Part shown: positions 1-13,342 of the stretch, one piece after another | Layout of the letters: each line of letters starts with the position of its first letter | Position numbering within the stretch: the first letter of the stretch is position 1 | From: Azolla caroliniana | Taxonomy: Eukaryota > Plantae > Polypodiophyta | Length of the DNA: 64,000 nucleotides | NCBI GenBank assembly: GCA_043228905.1 | Contig: JBHGNT010000110.1 | Location: 18,326 to 82,325, forward strand | Direction: 5' to 3' | Made by a program: the position numbers and the translations under genes | The notes under the pieces: generated by a model | Database searches by the model: none | Seen by the model: the letters and a program-made list of their open reading frames with translations, nothing else | What the model was told of the DNA's origin: nothing

Positions 1-2477
1 ATGGCGGAAAAGAGTACTTTTCCGGTCAATTCAACGATTACCTACAACAAATGGGAATTCGCCGCGAATTCAGTTGTAGATACACGCCGGAGCAGAACGG
101 CGTGGCCGAGCGAAAGAATCGGTTGATTGTGGAAGCGGCACGGGCAATGCTGGAGGAGAAGAGCTTGCCCAAGTTCTATTGGGCCGAGGCGGTAAGGACC
201 GCGGTATACATCCAGAACCGGATCGGAGATAAAGTGTCGGCACACGAGCTATATTTCACAACGAAGCTGAACTTGCGACACTTGAGGGTGTTCGGTAGCA
301 TTGCGTATGTGCATGTACCGAAGGAGAAAAGGAGGAAGCTGGACGCAAAGGTTGAGAAATGCATCTTGGTCGGTTACTCGGACGAGCAGAAGGTTTATAA
401 GTGCTATAACCCTCGTACCAAACAAGCGCGTGTCAGCCGTGACGTTGTGTTTGACGAGGCCGCGTCCTGGTACCTGCCCCCGACTCGGAACCCCGACTAA
501 GCAAGGCCGAGATGCCTCCGGATGAGCCCGAAATCGAGACCCGCGAAGAGAGTCCGATTTCACTCCGGTTAAGTGGACCGATTGGACAACTGAGTCGGTA
601 CGACCAGTCCGATGAAGAGCCGGCGAGTAGTGGAGACTCGGCCATGCATTCCCCGCGCAGGAAGCCGAGGAGACGGCTTACGCGCAAAGAGAAAGGGAAG
701 AAGAAGGTGTCGAATTCCGGCACAGAAAGGAACGAGTCAGACCGACACGAGTCCGACTCCGAGGGAACCAGTGACAGGTCTTTAAAGATGAAGACCGCGT
801 CGACCGAGAAGGCCTCGACATCGGCTAATACGCGATTTCGCCGATCTACCCGCCAAAAGAACCCAGTTGTGCGGTTCGGTTACAACGAGTACATGGCGCA
901 TCATTATGCGTACATGACCCGTGTAGCAGAAGTGCGTGAGCCGGAGAGCTATGCAGAAGCGGCTAAAGACGCGAATTGGCGTGCCGCGATGGAGGAAGAG
1001 GTGCACGCATTGGCGGAGAATGAGACCTGGGACCTGGTTGACGCACCGAAGGGTGTAAAACCGATCGGGTGTAGGTGGGTGTACAAGGTCAAGTACAACA
1101 CCGATGGCTCGGTCAACCGGTACAAGGCTCGGCTAGTGGCAAAGGGCTACGCGCAGAAACACGGCATCGACTACGATGAGACGTTTGCGCCGGTCGCGAA
1201 AATGACGACCGTCCGTGTTTTGCTGGCAGTAACCGCGGCCAAGGGGTGGCACTTACATCAGATGGATGTAAAGAATGCGTTCCTGCAAGGTGACCTTGAG
1301 GAACATGTGTACATGGTACAACCCCCCGGATTTCACTCTGGAACGAACTCCTCGGCAGTATTCCGACTGAAGAAGTCCCTTTACGGACTGAAGCAAGCCC
1401 CGCGTACCTGGAACGTGAAGATCACGCAACAACTACGTCGGATGGGCTTCGTCACGTCAAAATCAGACTCTTCCCTGTTCATCTGGAAAGGTCGACTCGG
1501 ACCGGTTAGTATTCTACTATATGTGGATGACTTGGTCATCACTGGCGCTGACCTAGGTGAAATCGACCGCGTGAAGCTCCAGCTTGCGGCATCATTCAAA
1601 ATGAAGGATCTGGGGGACCTTCATTACTTCCTCGGGATCGAAGTGATCCGTAACCCCGAAGGCATATTGATCAGCCAACGTCATTATGTGCTGAGTATGC
1701 TCTTCAAATTCGGGATGGCCGACTGTAAGTCCGTCTCGACTCCTCTAGACAGAACCGCGAAGCTTCGTCCCAATACGGGACAGGTATGCGACCCGACGAG
1801 GTTCCGACAAATTGTCGGAAGCCTCATATACTTGACCATCACCCGACCCGACCTCAGTTATCCGGTCGGGGTGATCAGTCAGTTCATGGCGCAACCTACC
1901 GAGGAGCACCTTCAGTGTGCGCAACGCATACTTCGGTATGTCAACGGCACTAAGGACCGGGGACTGCTATATCGGACCGGTGCAGCCACGCGGTTAGTCG
2001 GCTACACCGATGCTGATTGGGCTGGCACCGCCGCCGATTGCCGATCCACGTCCGGATACGCGTTCTCCCTCCGGAGTGTCGCGATCGCGTGGAGCAGTAA
2101 GAAGCAGCTGACAGTTGCATGCACTGTCGAGCACCGAAGCTGAGTACCGAGGAGCGGCTGTCGCGACATGCGAAGCCATATGGTTGAAGCGGCTACTTAA
2201 GGACCTGCAAGAGGAGGTGTCCGATCCGACAACGATCTACTGCGACAACCTTAGCAACATCCAGCTCGCGAAAAACCTCGTTTTCCACGCACTGACCAAG
2301 CACATTGAGGTGCACTACCATTTCGTCCGTGAGCGTGTCCTTTCTGGTGAAGTCGATATTCAGTACGTTCCGACGGATTGGCAGGCTGCCGACATCTTCA
2401 CCAAGCCACTTGGTTTGGACAAGTTGCGCAATTCTCAGGTGCGCTCGGATTGCGTAACCTTGACGTGCCGAACTTGA
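1..2477 (+). pseudogene. Copia pol (IN-RT-RNase H), disrupted
   Basis: ORFs 51-500, 512-2143 and 2115-2477 are separated by a stop at ~500 and a frameshift at ~2115-2143. Confidence 0.9.
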
Positions 2478-3012
2478 GGGGGAGAACAGTCCCGAACGAC
2501 CAAGCAAGGCAGTAGGAAAGGAGCGGAGACCGTGACACCGAGTCTTAGTCGGTAGACTCGGTTGACAAGTTCGACATCGGATCGGCTGAAGAAGCCGAGG
2601 GCGGACCCGCGGAAAAGTTTGGAAGCAGACAGAAGGGGAGCAACCGAAGTAGAGAGCCGAAGCCAACCACGCATGAGGAGGATGACGCCATCGAGGGCGA
2701 GAAGACCGAAGACGAGTTGGAGACAGCCAACTCGGACGAGAACGAAAACCGATCGGAGGTAGCCGAGTCGGTTCGGATGTTTGATTCAGACACGCTGAAT
2801 CAACCGAGGCCCAAGCGGAAGAAAAGGCAGCAGAAGAAGCGTCAACACCGCAACTACAGAAGAGCTGATGAGGGCCACATGAGCAGACAAGCCGACCGGA
2901 AGGGTCAAACACGCGGAGTCGAATAGGTCGAGGAGCGTGAGCGAGGCGAGAAGCCAGGAGGAACCGGTGTTGTGAAGATCCTGAAGAGCCTCAAGTTGAG
3001 CTTGAGGGGGAG

Positions 3013-3399
3013 TGTTGAGAGACAAGCTCAACATCGGCCGGATCGGCTGAAGAAGCCGAGGATCGGATCGGTTGGGACCGATCGGTTAGGCCGAGTGCGT
3101 AAACCGGGAGGTCGTTAGGAAAGATATTCCGTGAGGAATATATTTGGGAGTTAGTGTAGGAGCTCTTGATGAGCATTGAAGTATTGTCAATACTTCGGTC
3201 AGTCCTTCTAGGACTTGTATAAAAGTGCTCACTAAGCACGTCTTATGTACAAACTGAGTATTATTGTGGAATATAGTTTTTTGTGTTTTCTCTCTCTGTC
3301 TCTCCCGCGTATACCGTGTAAGCTCAAGCTCTCCATTAAACCTGAGTTTCCTTCCTTCTGTTCGGTCTTCATACTTGCTTCCGCACGTTACTTTCTAAA
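3013..3399 (+). repeat. 3' LTR of Copia A
   Basis: Begins TG after the PPT; TATA-like TATAAAA ~3218; similar to the LTRs of Copia D; Gypsy gag sequence resumes at ~3400; right end approximate. Confidence 0.8.
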
Positions 3400-4479
3400 G
3401 AGGAACATCCCGGAAGATAGGCGGTTGACCGGATTTCCTCAAGTGGTGACACCAGTCATCCACACAGAGGTGCTCGAAGTGCAGGCTGGTTGCCAAACCT
3501 AGGAGGACGTCGAAGGGCAGCTCCTCGAGAAGTACGAGTTCGATGACTCGCTTCGGCTATCGAAGCGGGACTTCATGGAATGGGTTGAGACCCCCGGAAA
3601 GGGGAGGAACGCATTGGCGCTCCTCCAAGAGTTCGCAAAACGGTTTCCCGTCTCTTGGCGTTAGACAAGACCGTGCTCGACATGAGCCAAGTCCTGTTAT
3701 TCGTCAAGTCTGTGGACGTGCAAGACCGAGAGCAGGTGGGTCTCCTGTTAGAGACGGATGAAGGGCTCACGGTCGACTGGGCTGTGGTGAAGAGGGTTTG
3801 CAGTCGTTTTGACAAACAACGCGAGTGGAGCGACGAGGGGTCGTCGACAATGGGACCAGTCTTGGCAAGGAAGCTTGAGGAGCCGCTGCCGGCGCGCAAG
3901 GAGGAGACCCAGAGTTGGCTAGAGACAGGCTCGGCCCCGACCAGCGTGGTTAAGGGACCATCCGGAGGAGCGGCTCTGGAAGAGTTGACACATATGGTGC
4001 GTGATCTTCAAATCGCCCAGGCCCAGAGGGATAGCAGAGGCCAACCGCGGGACCGGAAGCCTCCGGCAGGACAATGATGCATGTGGTGCGACGCGGTCGG
4101 CCACGTTTAGAAGGAGTGCGCGGACTTTGCCGACGTGCTTAGAAGCAATGTAGTGTATCTGTGGAACGGGCGGGTGCATGCTGGCGACACCCGGCAAGCC
4201 TTAGAGTTGAATATTAGGCGTGGGGGAATGAAGCGATTGATGGAAGAAGTCGTGGCGCAACACACTGAAGCGATCCACTACTCACATCGGCCGAAATCCG
4301 GGCCGGTAGTGACAGTGGCAGCAAAGGAGCGAAAGACTCTGGATTCTAGCCCTCGGTGCTTTAAGGACTCTCGGGAGTACGACTGATGAAGAAAGAAGCG
4401 AAGTGCGCAGAGAAGCAGATCCGAGAGGTTACCGGATGGGACGATCCGGTCGAGGAGAAGACCGGATTCGTGGAAGCGG

Positions 4480-5726
4480 TGTCGTGTGAATCTTCACACA
4501 CTATGTAAAATAATAATGAAATAATTATTATAGATTAGATTAGTAGCTTACTATAGAAAGATGGATATACTCAAGAGGTTCAAAATGTATTTTACTATAT
4601 ACAAAATGGAGAAATACATATCAAGTTATGAGAAAATAAAGTTTGAGAAGATAGGGAAATTAGAACTATCCCACATAGATAGGAAAGTTAAGGCCCTGGC
4701 TATATAAACACCTTGAGCTCCTTCATTTTTCATTTGTGCTAAGGGCACTTTGGCCACTTTGTCTTGATGGATGATGGTGGCCAAATTCCCTAAAACCGGA
4801 AACTAGCCTGTAAGCAAATCTGGAAACCGGTCGGTAAGCAAATTCGGAAACCAGCCGGTATGCAATCCGGAAATCAGCCGGTATGCAAAATCGGAACCGG
4901 CCAACAAGCAAACCGGAACCGGAACCGGTATGCAAACAGGAAACCGGCCGGTAAGCAAAACCGGAACCGGCCGGCAAGCAAAATCGGAACCGGAACCGGC
5001 CGGCAAGCAAAATAGAATCGGCTATTGGACGAGGGTTGGACGCGGACGGACAAAAGATTGGATCATGTAACAAACTAAAGTAAAGGCCATGTGGATGCAA
5101 GCAACTAAAGTTGGAGTGCATGGAAAAAGTAAAGGTCATGTGGACAGTCACATGCAACCAAAAGAAAAAGCTAGGCAACTAAAAGTAGAGGCCATGCAAC
5201 AAAAAGTAGAAAGGCTATGATCAAGGGAGAACTCTATATATATTCCATTTTTTTTCTTACACTAGGGGACTCTCCATATTATCTCGATTATTTTTCTTTT
5301 CCTTCTCAACTCCCTTATCTTAGGGAAGCCATATCTCTCATAAACCCTAATTTCCTTACGGAATCCAAAAACCCTAATCTTCCCTACGGAAGCCATAACA
5401 CTAAAAAATGCTAATCTTCCCTACGGAAGCCATAATACTCATATAACCATAATCTCTTATCAAAGCCAAGAACCCTAAATCTCTATGGAATCCATATCTT
5501 AGTTTCTTCTAATCTATTTATTCTAGCAATCTCCTTAAGATAAAACTTTTGTAATCTCAATCTTGAGATTGATTGTAATCTTTCTTTCCCTTTATTAATG
5601 AAATTTGTGAATCTTTATCATTTTGCATTAATTGTTTAATATAATCATTGGAATCTGATATCTTTCGGTCCGAGGCCCCGGGGTCCTGCCTCAAAGTTCA
5701 CGTATCCTCGTCGTATTTTTCCGACG
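4480..5726. repeat. Solo LTR (Gypsy-type, TGTCG...CGACG) with 4-bp TSD GCGG
   Basis: Interrupts host gag at FVEA|ACQNYE; GCGG at 4476-4479 and 5727-5730; internal ~21-bp AAACCGGCCGGTAAGC tandem repeats ~4793-5010; orientation not determined. Confidence 0.8.
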
Positions 5727-6827
5727 GCGGCGTGCCAGAACTACGAGGTTCTAGTAGAGGAGAAGCGTGCGGGAAAGGCCGGAGGAGCCGGACCCTTACA
5801 GCAGTATGAGACACTGTTCAGGCCGAAGCAAAATGATGCCGATAACACCGGCGCACCGGATAGAGAGGTCGACGGACCTGCGGAAGGTCCTCGAGGAGCG
5901 GATTCTCAACATCAAGGTGGAGTTATCGCTGAGGGAGGTACTCGGGATCGCCAAGAAGGAGTTCCACGATTCCGTCGTGGATTGGTGAAGCGCAAACGGC
6001 TCTCGACGGAGCCAAAACCGGAGAAGCCCGTGGAGGTGCGGACAGCGCACCTAGAAGATATGGTCCAGGAGGACAAGTTGGTGGAGAGCCACTATTCGAA
6101 GTTGCACTGGGAAAGAGCTACTACAAAAACCACGGTTCGGATTGGGGACGTCCAGGAGCCGGTGGTGGCATTGATAGACCATGGATCCGAAATCAACCTG
6201 ATGTCTATGGACTTCTTCAACAACGAAAAGTGGCCGATCAACACTAATCACGGGTGGAAGATACGCGCGGCGACACGTGCTACGGAGGAACTGCACGGGG
6301 CATGCCCGAATGTACGTGTGAAGATCGGAGATGTCGAGATTGACCAGCACTTTTTCGTGCAGGAGACATCTTCACACCCGGTGATACTCGGCGAACCATA
6401 CATTATGGCGGCTTGCATGGAGACTGTTAAGCGGCAAGCTCAACCAAAGCCGGATCGGCTGAATAAGCCGGAGCCGGTAAGCGAGACGGATCGGGCGAAA
6501 CGGATCGGTATGACGGTGAGCAACCGAACCGGCAAGCAGAGGAGGCCGGGTGCAATCCGTAACCGGCAGTCCAATCGGAAGCCTAGAATAGGATAGACTA
6601 CTAGGTATCTATAGTCTCGTAGTAAGTGTTAGATGCTCGTGTGAGCATTGAAGTACATGGTACTTCTGTCAGTCCCAAGAGGACTTGTATAAATAGTGCT
6701 ACTTAGCACAGTGTGTAAACCGAGTCTTGATATCATTTTGAAATTACGTTCTGCTCTCTCTCTCTCTCTCTCTCTCTCTCTATGTGTTGTTCTCTGTTCT
6801 ACGCTTCCGCGAACACTCACGTTTACA

Positions 6828-6839
6828 TGGTATCAGAGC
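6828..6839 (+). promoter_or_regulatory. Primer-binding site, initiator tRNA-Met type
   Basis: TGGTATCAGAGC immediately after the 5' LTR. Confidence 0.9.
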
Positions 6840-7438
6840 GCGAGGGTTGAGAACCTTTGCTGCAGACATTTACTCTTGAGAAGAAAACCCTAACAGGTTG
6901 AAAACAGACACAGTAGAAGACATGGATAGAGGCATGGCTACGTCGCTCCCAGTGGAGAAGCTCGACAGGAGCAACTACGCATCCTAGTCTTACAAGATGC
7001 ACCAGTACCTGCTTGGACACGGGTACTGGAGTTATGTCGAAGGAGCGAATGATGCGGCGCCCGACTCGGCACACAAGGACTTCCCGGTATGGGAATAGGC
7101 GGCAAGTAGGGTGATGTACTGCTTCGTGTCCAGCATCGGCGATCAGCTACTCAGCCACACCGAAGGATGCTTGGGGGAACCTGAAAAAGTCTTCGACATA
7201 CTTGGATCTACCTCATTGAGCGGAAGAGCGAAGTCTTCGACTGTTTCCGGAGCCTCCAGAAGATGGTGGAACGGGAATCGGAGAGGAAGATCAAATGCCT
7301 TCGGTCGGATGGCGGAAAGGAATATTTTTCCGGCCAATTCACTAGTTATCTGCAGCAGAAGGGAATTCGGCGAGAGTTCAGCTGCAGATACACACCGGAG
7401 CAAAACGGTGTGGCCGAAAGGAAGAAGCGGCAAGGGCA

Positions 7439-10189
7439 ATGCTGGAGGAGAAGAGCATGCCCCGGTTCTATTGGGCGAAGGCGGTCCAGATGGCCGTCTA
7501 CATACAAAACCACATTGGTGACAAGGTGTCAGCTCATGAGCTGTATTTCGAGCGCAAGCCGAACTTAAGACACCTTCGGATATTCGGCAGCATAGCGTAT
7601 GTGCATGTACCGGATCAGAAGCGGAGAAAGTTGGATGCAAAATCGGAAAAATGCATCCTAGTCGACTATGCTCAAGATCAAAAGGGGTATAAGTGCTATA
7701 ACCCCCGGACGAAGGAAGTCCGAGTTAGCCGGGATGTCGAGTTCGATGAATCGGCATCTTGGTACTCCATACCGACTCCGACTTCCGCTCCCGACCCAAT
7801 GCCGGAAGCTCAGGCCAGTGAGCCTGAATCAGCCCTGTCAGAGGATGGTGAAGCCGGGACTCAAGATGAGAGTCCGGAATCGTTTCGGTTGAGTGGACCG
7901 AACGAGCGACTGAGTCGGTTGGACCAGTCGAATGAAGAGACGACAAGTGGTGGAGACTCTGCCGTGCTCTCCCCGCGCAAGGAACCAAGGAAACGGTTCA
8001 CGCGCAAAGAGAAGGGGAAGAGGAAGATGCCGGAATTCGAAACCAGCAACGATGAGTCAGATCGGTGCATATCCGACTCCGGAAAGGAGAAAGGCAGATC
8101 TTCGGCAACGAAGACCGAACTGGCCAAGGGCCTCAAATCAGGTGACGGTGCGTTGCGCCGATCAACCCGCCAGAAGGATCCCGTCATACGGTACGGGTAC
8201 AATGAATACATGGCGCATCATTATGCGTACATGACTAAGGTGACAGAAGTGCGTGAGCCGGAGAGTTACGCAGAAGCGGCAAAAGACGCAAATTGGCGTG
8301 CTGCTATGGATGAAGAAATGCGGGCACTCGATGCCAACGAAACCTGGAACCTAGTTGATCCTCCCCGTCACTGTAAACCGATCGGATGCAAGTGGGTGTA
8401 CAAGGTCAAGTACAACGCCGACGGTTCTGTTAACCGGTACAAAGCCCGGTTAGTGGCGAAGGGATACGCGCAGACCCACGGAATCAACTACGACGAGACC
8501 TTCGCTCCATTGGCGAAGATGACGACGGTTCGTGTGGTACTGGCGGTTGCTGCGGCAAGGGGGTGGCATCTTCACCAGATGGATGTGAAGAACACCTTCC
8601 TTCAAGGAGAGCTTGAAGAAGAAGTCTTTATGACTCAGCCCCCCGGATTTCACTCGGAGATGAACAAGTCGGCGGTATGCCGGCTGAAGAAGTCGCTTTA
8701 CGGCTTGAAGCAAACCCCCCGAGCTTGGAACGCGAAGATCACGCACCGGTTGCGTAAGCTGGGGTTTGTTTTCTCTAAGTCGGACTCTTCGTTATTCATT
8801 CGGCAAGGCTCTGACGGTCCGGTATGTATACTCTTGTATGTGGATGATTTAGTCATCACCGTACCGGGTCTTCCCGAAATCAACTGCGTCAAGTCCCAGT
8901 TGTCGGATGCATTCGAAATGAAGGACCTGGGGGACCTTCATTATTTTCTTGGAATCGAAGTGATCCGGACCCCCGACGGCATATTGCTCTCACAACGACA
9001 TTACGTGTTGAATATGCTATATAAGTTCGGCATGACGGATTGCCGACCTGTCTCCACACCCCTGGACCGGAACCAGAAGCTCCGTCCCAACTCTGGACCG
9101 GCCTGCAATGAGAAACGGTTCCGACAGGTTGTCGGAAGCCTGATCTACTTAACCATCACCCAACCCGACATCAGCTATCCGGTCGGCATGGTAAGTCAGT
9201 TCATGCAGAAGCCGACCGTGGAGGACCTTCAGTGCGCGCAACGAATATTATGGTATGTCAGCGGCACTAAAGACCGGGGTCTGCTATACCGGCGAGGTAT
9301 ACCCGAAGAGCTTGTCGGTTACACAGATGCTGACTGGACCGGCGATGCGTCTGATCGCCGCTCCACTTCCGGATACATGTTCTCCATAGGTAGCACGGCC
9401 GTTGCGTGGAGCAGCAAGAAGCAGCCCACAGTGTCTTTGTCAAGCACTGAGGCTGAGTACCGGGCCGCTACCGTTGTCACTTGTGAAGCCATCTGGCTTC
9501 GGCGACTGCTGCGAGACTTGCGGATCGAGGTGCCGACCCCGATCCCGATTTACTACGATAACATGAGCAGCTTGCAGCTCGCCAAGAACCCTGTGTTCCA
9601 TGCTCGCACAAAGCACATCGAGGTGCACTACCACTTCGTGCGTGAGCGGGTCCTGAGCGGTGAAGTTGACCTACGGTATGTTCATACGGATCGGCAAGTT
9701 GCCGAAATCGTCACCAAACCGCTCGGATCGGACAAGTTGCAGCACTTTACCGACATGCTTGGTATTCAGCATCTCGACGTGCCGCACTTGAGGGGGAGAA
9801 GCAAGGGCAAAGTCTCTACCGGTACTGACCATGAGGCGGAGTCGAATGAAGAATCCGATTTCGGTTCACCGGCTGAAGAAGCCGAGGGAAGCATGGAGAA
9901 GGCCAAGACTCGGAAGTGGTCCGATGTGGTGAGAGGCCTGAAGCCGGAAGTCGAATCGGAGTGTACCGATTCGGACAAGAGTTGGAACGAGTCGGAGACA
10001 GCTGACTCGGATCAACAGATGGATCCGGATGAGTCGGATCGACTGAAGGCCAAGGGGACACGGGCACAGTGGAAGTCGATGCCATCGTGGGAGAACCGAC
10101 GGATCGGCAAGCGCCGGAGTCACAACAACGTGAGTGCTGAGATGGGCCTATTGAGCAGACATGCCGACCGAGAGGGTCGAGGCGCGTAG
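7439..10189 (+). CDS. Copia D pol remnant (IN C-terminus, RT, RNase H, C-terminal extension), 916 aa open frame
   Basis: HQMDVKNTFL, LYVDD, YTDADW and KHIEVHYHF motifs. Confidence 0.85.
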   Translation: MLEEKSMPRFYWAKAVQMAVYIQNHIGDKVSAHELYFERKPNLRHLRIFGSIAYVHVPDQKRRKLDAKSEKCILVDYAQDQKGYKCYNPRTKEVRVSRDVEFDESASWYSIPTPTSAPDPMPEAQASEPESALSEDGEAGTQDESPESFRLSGPNERLSRLDQSNEETTSGGDSAVLSPRKEPRKRFTRKEKGKRKMPEFETSNDESDRCISDSGKEKGRSSATKTELAKGLKSGDGALRRSTRQKDPVIRYGYNEYMAHHYAYMTKVTEVREPESYAEAAKDANWRAAMDEEMRALDANETWNLVDPPRHCKPIGCKWVYKVKYNADGSVNRYKARLVAKGYAQTHGINYDETFAPLAKMTTVRVVLAVAAARGWHLHQMDVKNTFLQGELEEEVFMTQPPGFHSEMNKSAVCRLKKSLYGLKQTPRAWNAKITHRLRKLGFVFSKSDSSLFIRQGSDGPVCILLYVDDLVITVPGLPEINCVKSQLSDAFEMKDLGDLHYFLGIEVIRTPDGILLSQRHYVLNMLYKFGMTDCRPVSTPLDRNQKLRPNSGPACNEKRFRQVVGSLIYLTITQPDISYPVGMVSQFMQKPTVEDLQCAQRILWYVSGTKDRGLLYRRGIPEELVGYTDADWTGDASDRRSTSGYMFSIGSTAVAWSSKKQPTVSLSSTEAEYRAATVVTCEAIWLRRLLRDLRIEVPTPIPIYYDNMSSLQLAKNPVFHARTKHIEVHYHFVRERVLSGEVDLRYVHTDRQVAEIVTKPLGSDKLQHFTDMLGIQHLDVPHLRGRSKGKVSTGTDHEAESNEESDFGSPAEEAEGSMEKAKTRKWSDVVRGLKPEVESECTDSDKSWNESETADSDQQMDPDESDRLKAKGTRAQWKSMPSWENRRIGKRRSHNNVSAEMGLLSRHADREGRGA

Positions 10190-10661
10190 AACCAAAGGGG
10201 TCGCGGCAAACGGGACCGGACCGGAGGAGGAGCGCGAGCAAGGCGGAGTGACGCCAGGAGGAGTCGGTTGAAAGAACCAACTGCCACAGAGGTCGACACT
10301 ACGACCCCACCTCAGGTTGAGCTTGAGGGGGAGTGTTGAGCGGCAAGCTCAACCAGAGCCGGATCGGCTGAATAAGCCGGAGCCGGTAAGCGAGACGGAT
10401 CGGGCGAAACGGATCGGTATGATGGTGAGCAACCGAACCGGCAAGCAGTGGAGGCCGGGTGCAATCCGTAACCGGCAGTCCAATCGGAAGCCTAGAATAG
10501 GATAGACTACTAGGTATCTATAGTCTCGTAGTAAGTGTCAGATGCTCGTGTGAGCATTGAAGTACATGGTACTTCTGTCAGTCCCAAGAGGACTTGTATA
10601 AATAGTGCTACTTAGCACAGTGTGTAAACAGAATCTTGATATAATTTTGAAATTATGTTCT

Positions 10662-10709
<48 letters not shown>

Positions 10710-10875
10710 GTTCTCTGTTCTATGCTTCCGCGAACACTCACATTTACAGAGACCAAGGTGTTGGATAACGGTTAGGCATATGCGCGCGTTAAGAGTCAAG
10801 ACGGACGACACTCCGTCCAGTTTTTGACAGTGCGACCGAACCACAAGCGCAACCGTCCAGTTTCCTGATTTTTAA

Positions 10876-13306
10876 AAAGGGTTATCAAGGCGTGGGGCCG
10901 CGATAGTCCGGACACCCCGGTGGATCCCCACACGTGTACCATAGGTAGGAAATTTTGGTTCTCAGATAACGGAGGTTGTACGATAACCGGCATCAGCGGC
11001 CGAGAAAGGAAGCGGGCAGAGGAGAGCCTCAGGGCGTACGGAGCCCTCAGCCCTGACGAAGAGATTGGCGGCAACGTGGAGGCGGTCTCTTTCAACGACA
11101 CCCTAGGAGAGATAGGGAAGGTGGTCGAAGAAGGCCTCACCGAAGACCGGGTGATTCCGGTTGGTTCCGTGGAGATGAACGAAGTCATTGCCGACTTAGG
11201 GATGAAGGCCGAGTCGGATCAGACGGCCTGCGTAGACACGAGGTACAAGACTATGGACTGGAAGGTGAGGCCAGTTGCGGCTCCCTTGCCGGAGGGAAGC
11301 AAGGAACGGATGAAGGGGGTCGTGTTGGACCCAACGTTGCAGAATTCGGCCGACATAGGGCATCGGTTCACCGAGACAATGTTACGGGAGCTCAAGATCG
11401 GTGGGGGTGGCTTTCTGCAGTCGAAGGAGGAGGACCAGTTTCAAAGGATGCTTGGGAGGCATGGGAAGCCCTTCGCATTCTCACCAGAGGAGATCGGGTG
11501 TGCGGACCCAATGGTCGTGGAACCAATGGTTATCTTCACAGTACCGCATGTGTCGTGGAACCTCAAGTCGATTCCAGTACCCAAAGCTCACATCCCAAAG
11601 TTGATGGAACTACTAAAGCAAAAGGTGGAGATGGGCATCCTCGAGCCATCGAGTGCACCATATTCAAGTCGGTGGTTTACCATGCCAAAGAAGAAAGGCA
11701 CGTTGCGCTTCATTCAGGACTTGTAGCCAGTCAACAGGGTGACCATTCAGAACGCAGGAATCGAACCAACCATTGACGAGTTCCCAGAAGCCTTCGCCGG
11801 AAGGTCGATCTATTCGATCGGTGATCTGTACTCAGGGTATGACCAATTCGAACTAGCCGTGGAGAGTAGAGACATCATGACGATGCGGACTGCTCTCGGC
11901 CTAGTGCGGATGTGTACCCTGTCGCAAGGAGGGACCAACTCGGTGGCACACATGGTGAACGTGATGAACAAGGTGTTGAGGGACTGCATCCCAGACATCA
12001 GCATGTCGTTTCTGGATGACATCCCGATTAAAGGTTGTCCGGTGGAAGATAAGGATGAATCGGTTCGGCCGGACGGATGTTGGAGATTCGTTGTGAACCA
12101 CATCGGCAATTGCGAGAAGGTGCTATAGAAACTTGAGAGAGCGCAGCTCACCTTCTCTGGAGAGAAATCGGCTTTTGGGCAGTCGGAGATCCTAGTGGTC
12201 GGACACTTGTGCGGGCCTTACGGTCAGAAACCATCTCCGGCAAAGGTAGAAGCCATCTCCGTAATGAAGGAAGAATGTAAGTCGGTTATGGAGGTGCGGA
12301 AGTTCTTGGGTGCATGTGTGTTCTACCACATTTGGATCCCGCACTACGCACACATCGCAGAGCCACTCTACGGGTTGCTAAAGAAAGGGCGTAAGTTCAG
12401 ATGGGACGAGGAACATACGGAGTCAGTCCGGAGATTGAAAGAAGCGCTTACCGCGGCACCGGCACTCCAAAAAGCGGTTTATGGCAAGGAGGTCCCGATC
12501 TATGTAACCGTAGACATGAGCCCGACTGGGATCGGATGGGTGATCAATCAGGAGGACGAGAGCGGCACCAGGATCCCCATCCGGTTCAGAGAGAAGGTAC
12601 TGAGTGAGCGACAGCGAGGATACGCCCAAATTAAACGCGAACTCTGGGGTATTGTTTTGGTGGTCAAGGCCAACAAAGACTATTTGATCAGGACGGAGGT
12701 AGTAATTGAGATGGACTGCCTACCGATCCTTGGTATGGTTTCGAGATGCGCGATGCTAGACCTGGCAATGCTCATGTGGATCGTGTACATTAAATCCCTG
12801 AACCCAGAGATACGACACATATTCGGAAAGGACAACACATGGCCAATATGCTTTTGAGGGCGCGGTTTACCGACGAGGACGGCATGGTTTCGGAAGACGA
12901 AGAAGTTGGCGTAGACTGCTTCGAGTTGGCTCGCATTGCGGTGAGGGAGGGGCGCACTCTGGCACTTAACGCATTAGACGAGGACGAGGACGAGTACGAC
13001 GGGGAGTGGCTCCAAATCGGCAGGTTCTTGAGGACGTTGACGCCAAACGCAGCATGGACAAGGGATGAGCCGATCCGGATCCGGAAGAAGGCGTACCGAT
13101 TCTTGCTATGAGACAAGCACATATGGAAGCACCCAAAGGCGAGGCAGTGTTCCACTTCGTGTGGTGGCAAGGGAGGAAGAGCAGAGGGGCTTGTTGTCAG
13201 CGTATCACGAGAGCCCTTGGGCCGGACACCGCGGGACATGGACCACATTTGAGAAGCTAAAGGAGAAGTATTGGTGGCCGGGGATGTACCGGGACGTGCA
13301 TCAATT
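10876..13306 (+). pseudogene. Gypsy B pol (RT-RNase H-start of IN), disrupted
   Basis: DLYSGYDQ, FLDD, VTVDMS and HESPWAGH motifs across ORFs 10920-11726, 11739-12128, 12195-12857 and 12839-13111. Confidence 0.9.
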
Positions 13307-13342
13307 AACACGTTCGCGTTCACAAGTGGAAGGATTGCGCAT
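13307..13342 (+). repeat. Left terminal inverted repeat
   Basis: Reverse complement of 22395-22430 at 35/36 positions. Confidence 0.95.

Larger units (their letters stand above)
1..3399 (+). mobile_element. Ty1/Copia LTR retrotransposon A (5' part outside window)
   Basis: Integrase (YTPEQNGVAERKN), RT (HQMDVKNAFL, LYVDD) and RNase H (YTDADWAG, KHIEVHYHF) in Copia order; PPT GAGGGGGAG then LTR starting TGTTGAG at 3013. Confidence 0.95.
6425..10748 (+). mobile_element. Ty1/Copia element D, internally deleted (most of gag/PR missing)
   Basis: LTRs 6425-6827 and 10334-10748 (TG...CA); TSD GAGAC at 6420-6424 and 10749-10753; PBS TGGTATCAGAGC 6828-6839; PPT before 10334; gag start jumps to the integrase core at ~7200. 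Confidence 0.95.
3400..10875 (+). pseudogene. Gypsy B gag-protease, split by a solo LTR and Copia D
   Basis: CxxCx4Hx4C knuckle ~4078-4120; protease motif ALIDHGSEINLM in ORF 5982-6596; continuity across the TSDs. Confidence 0.85.
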
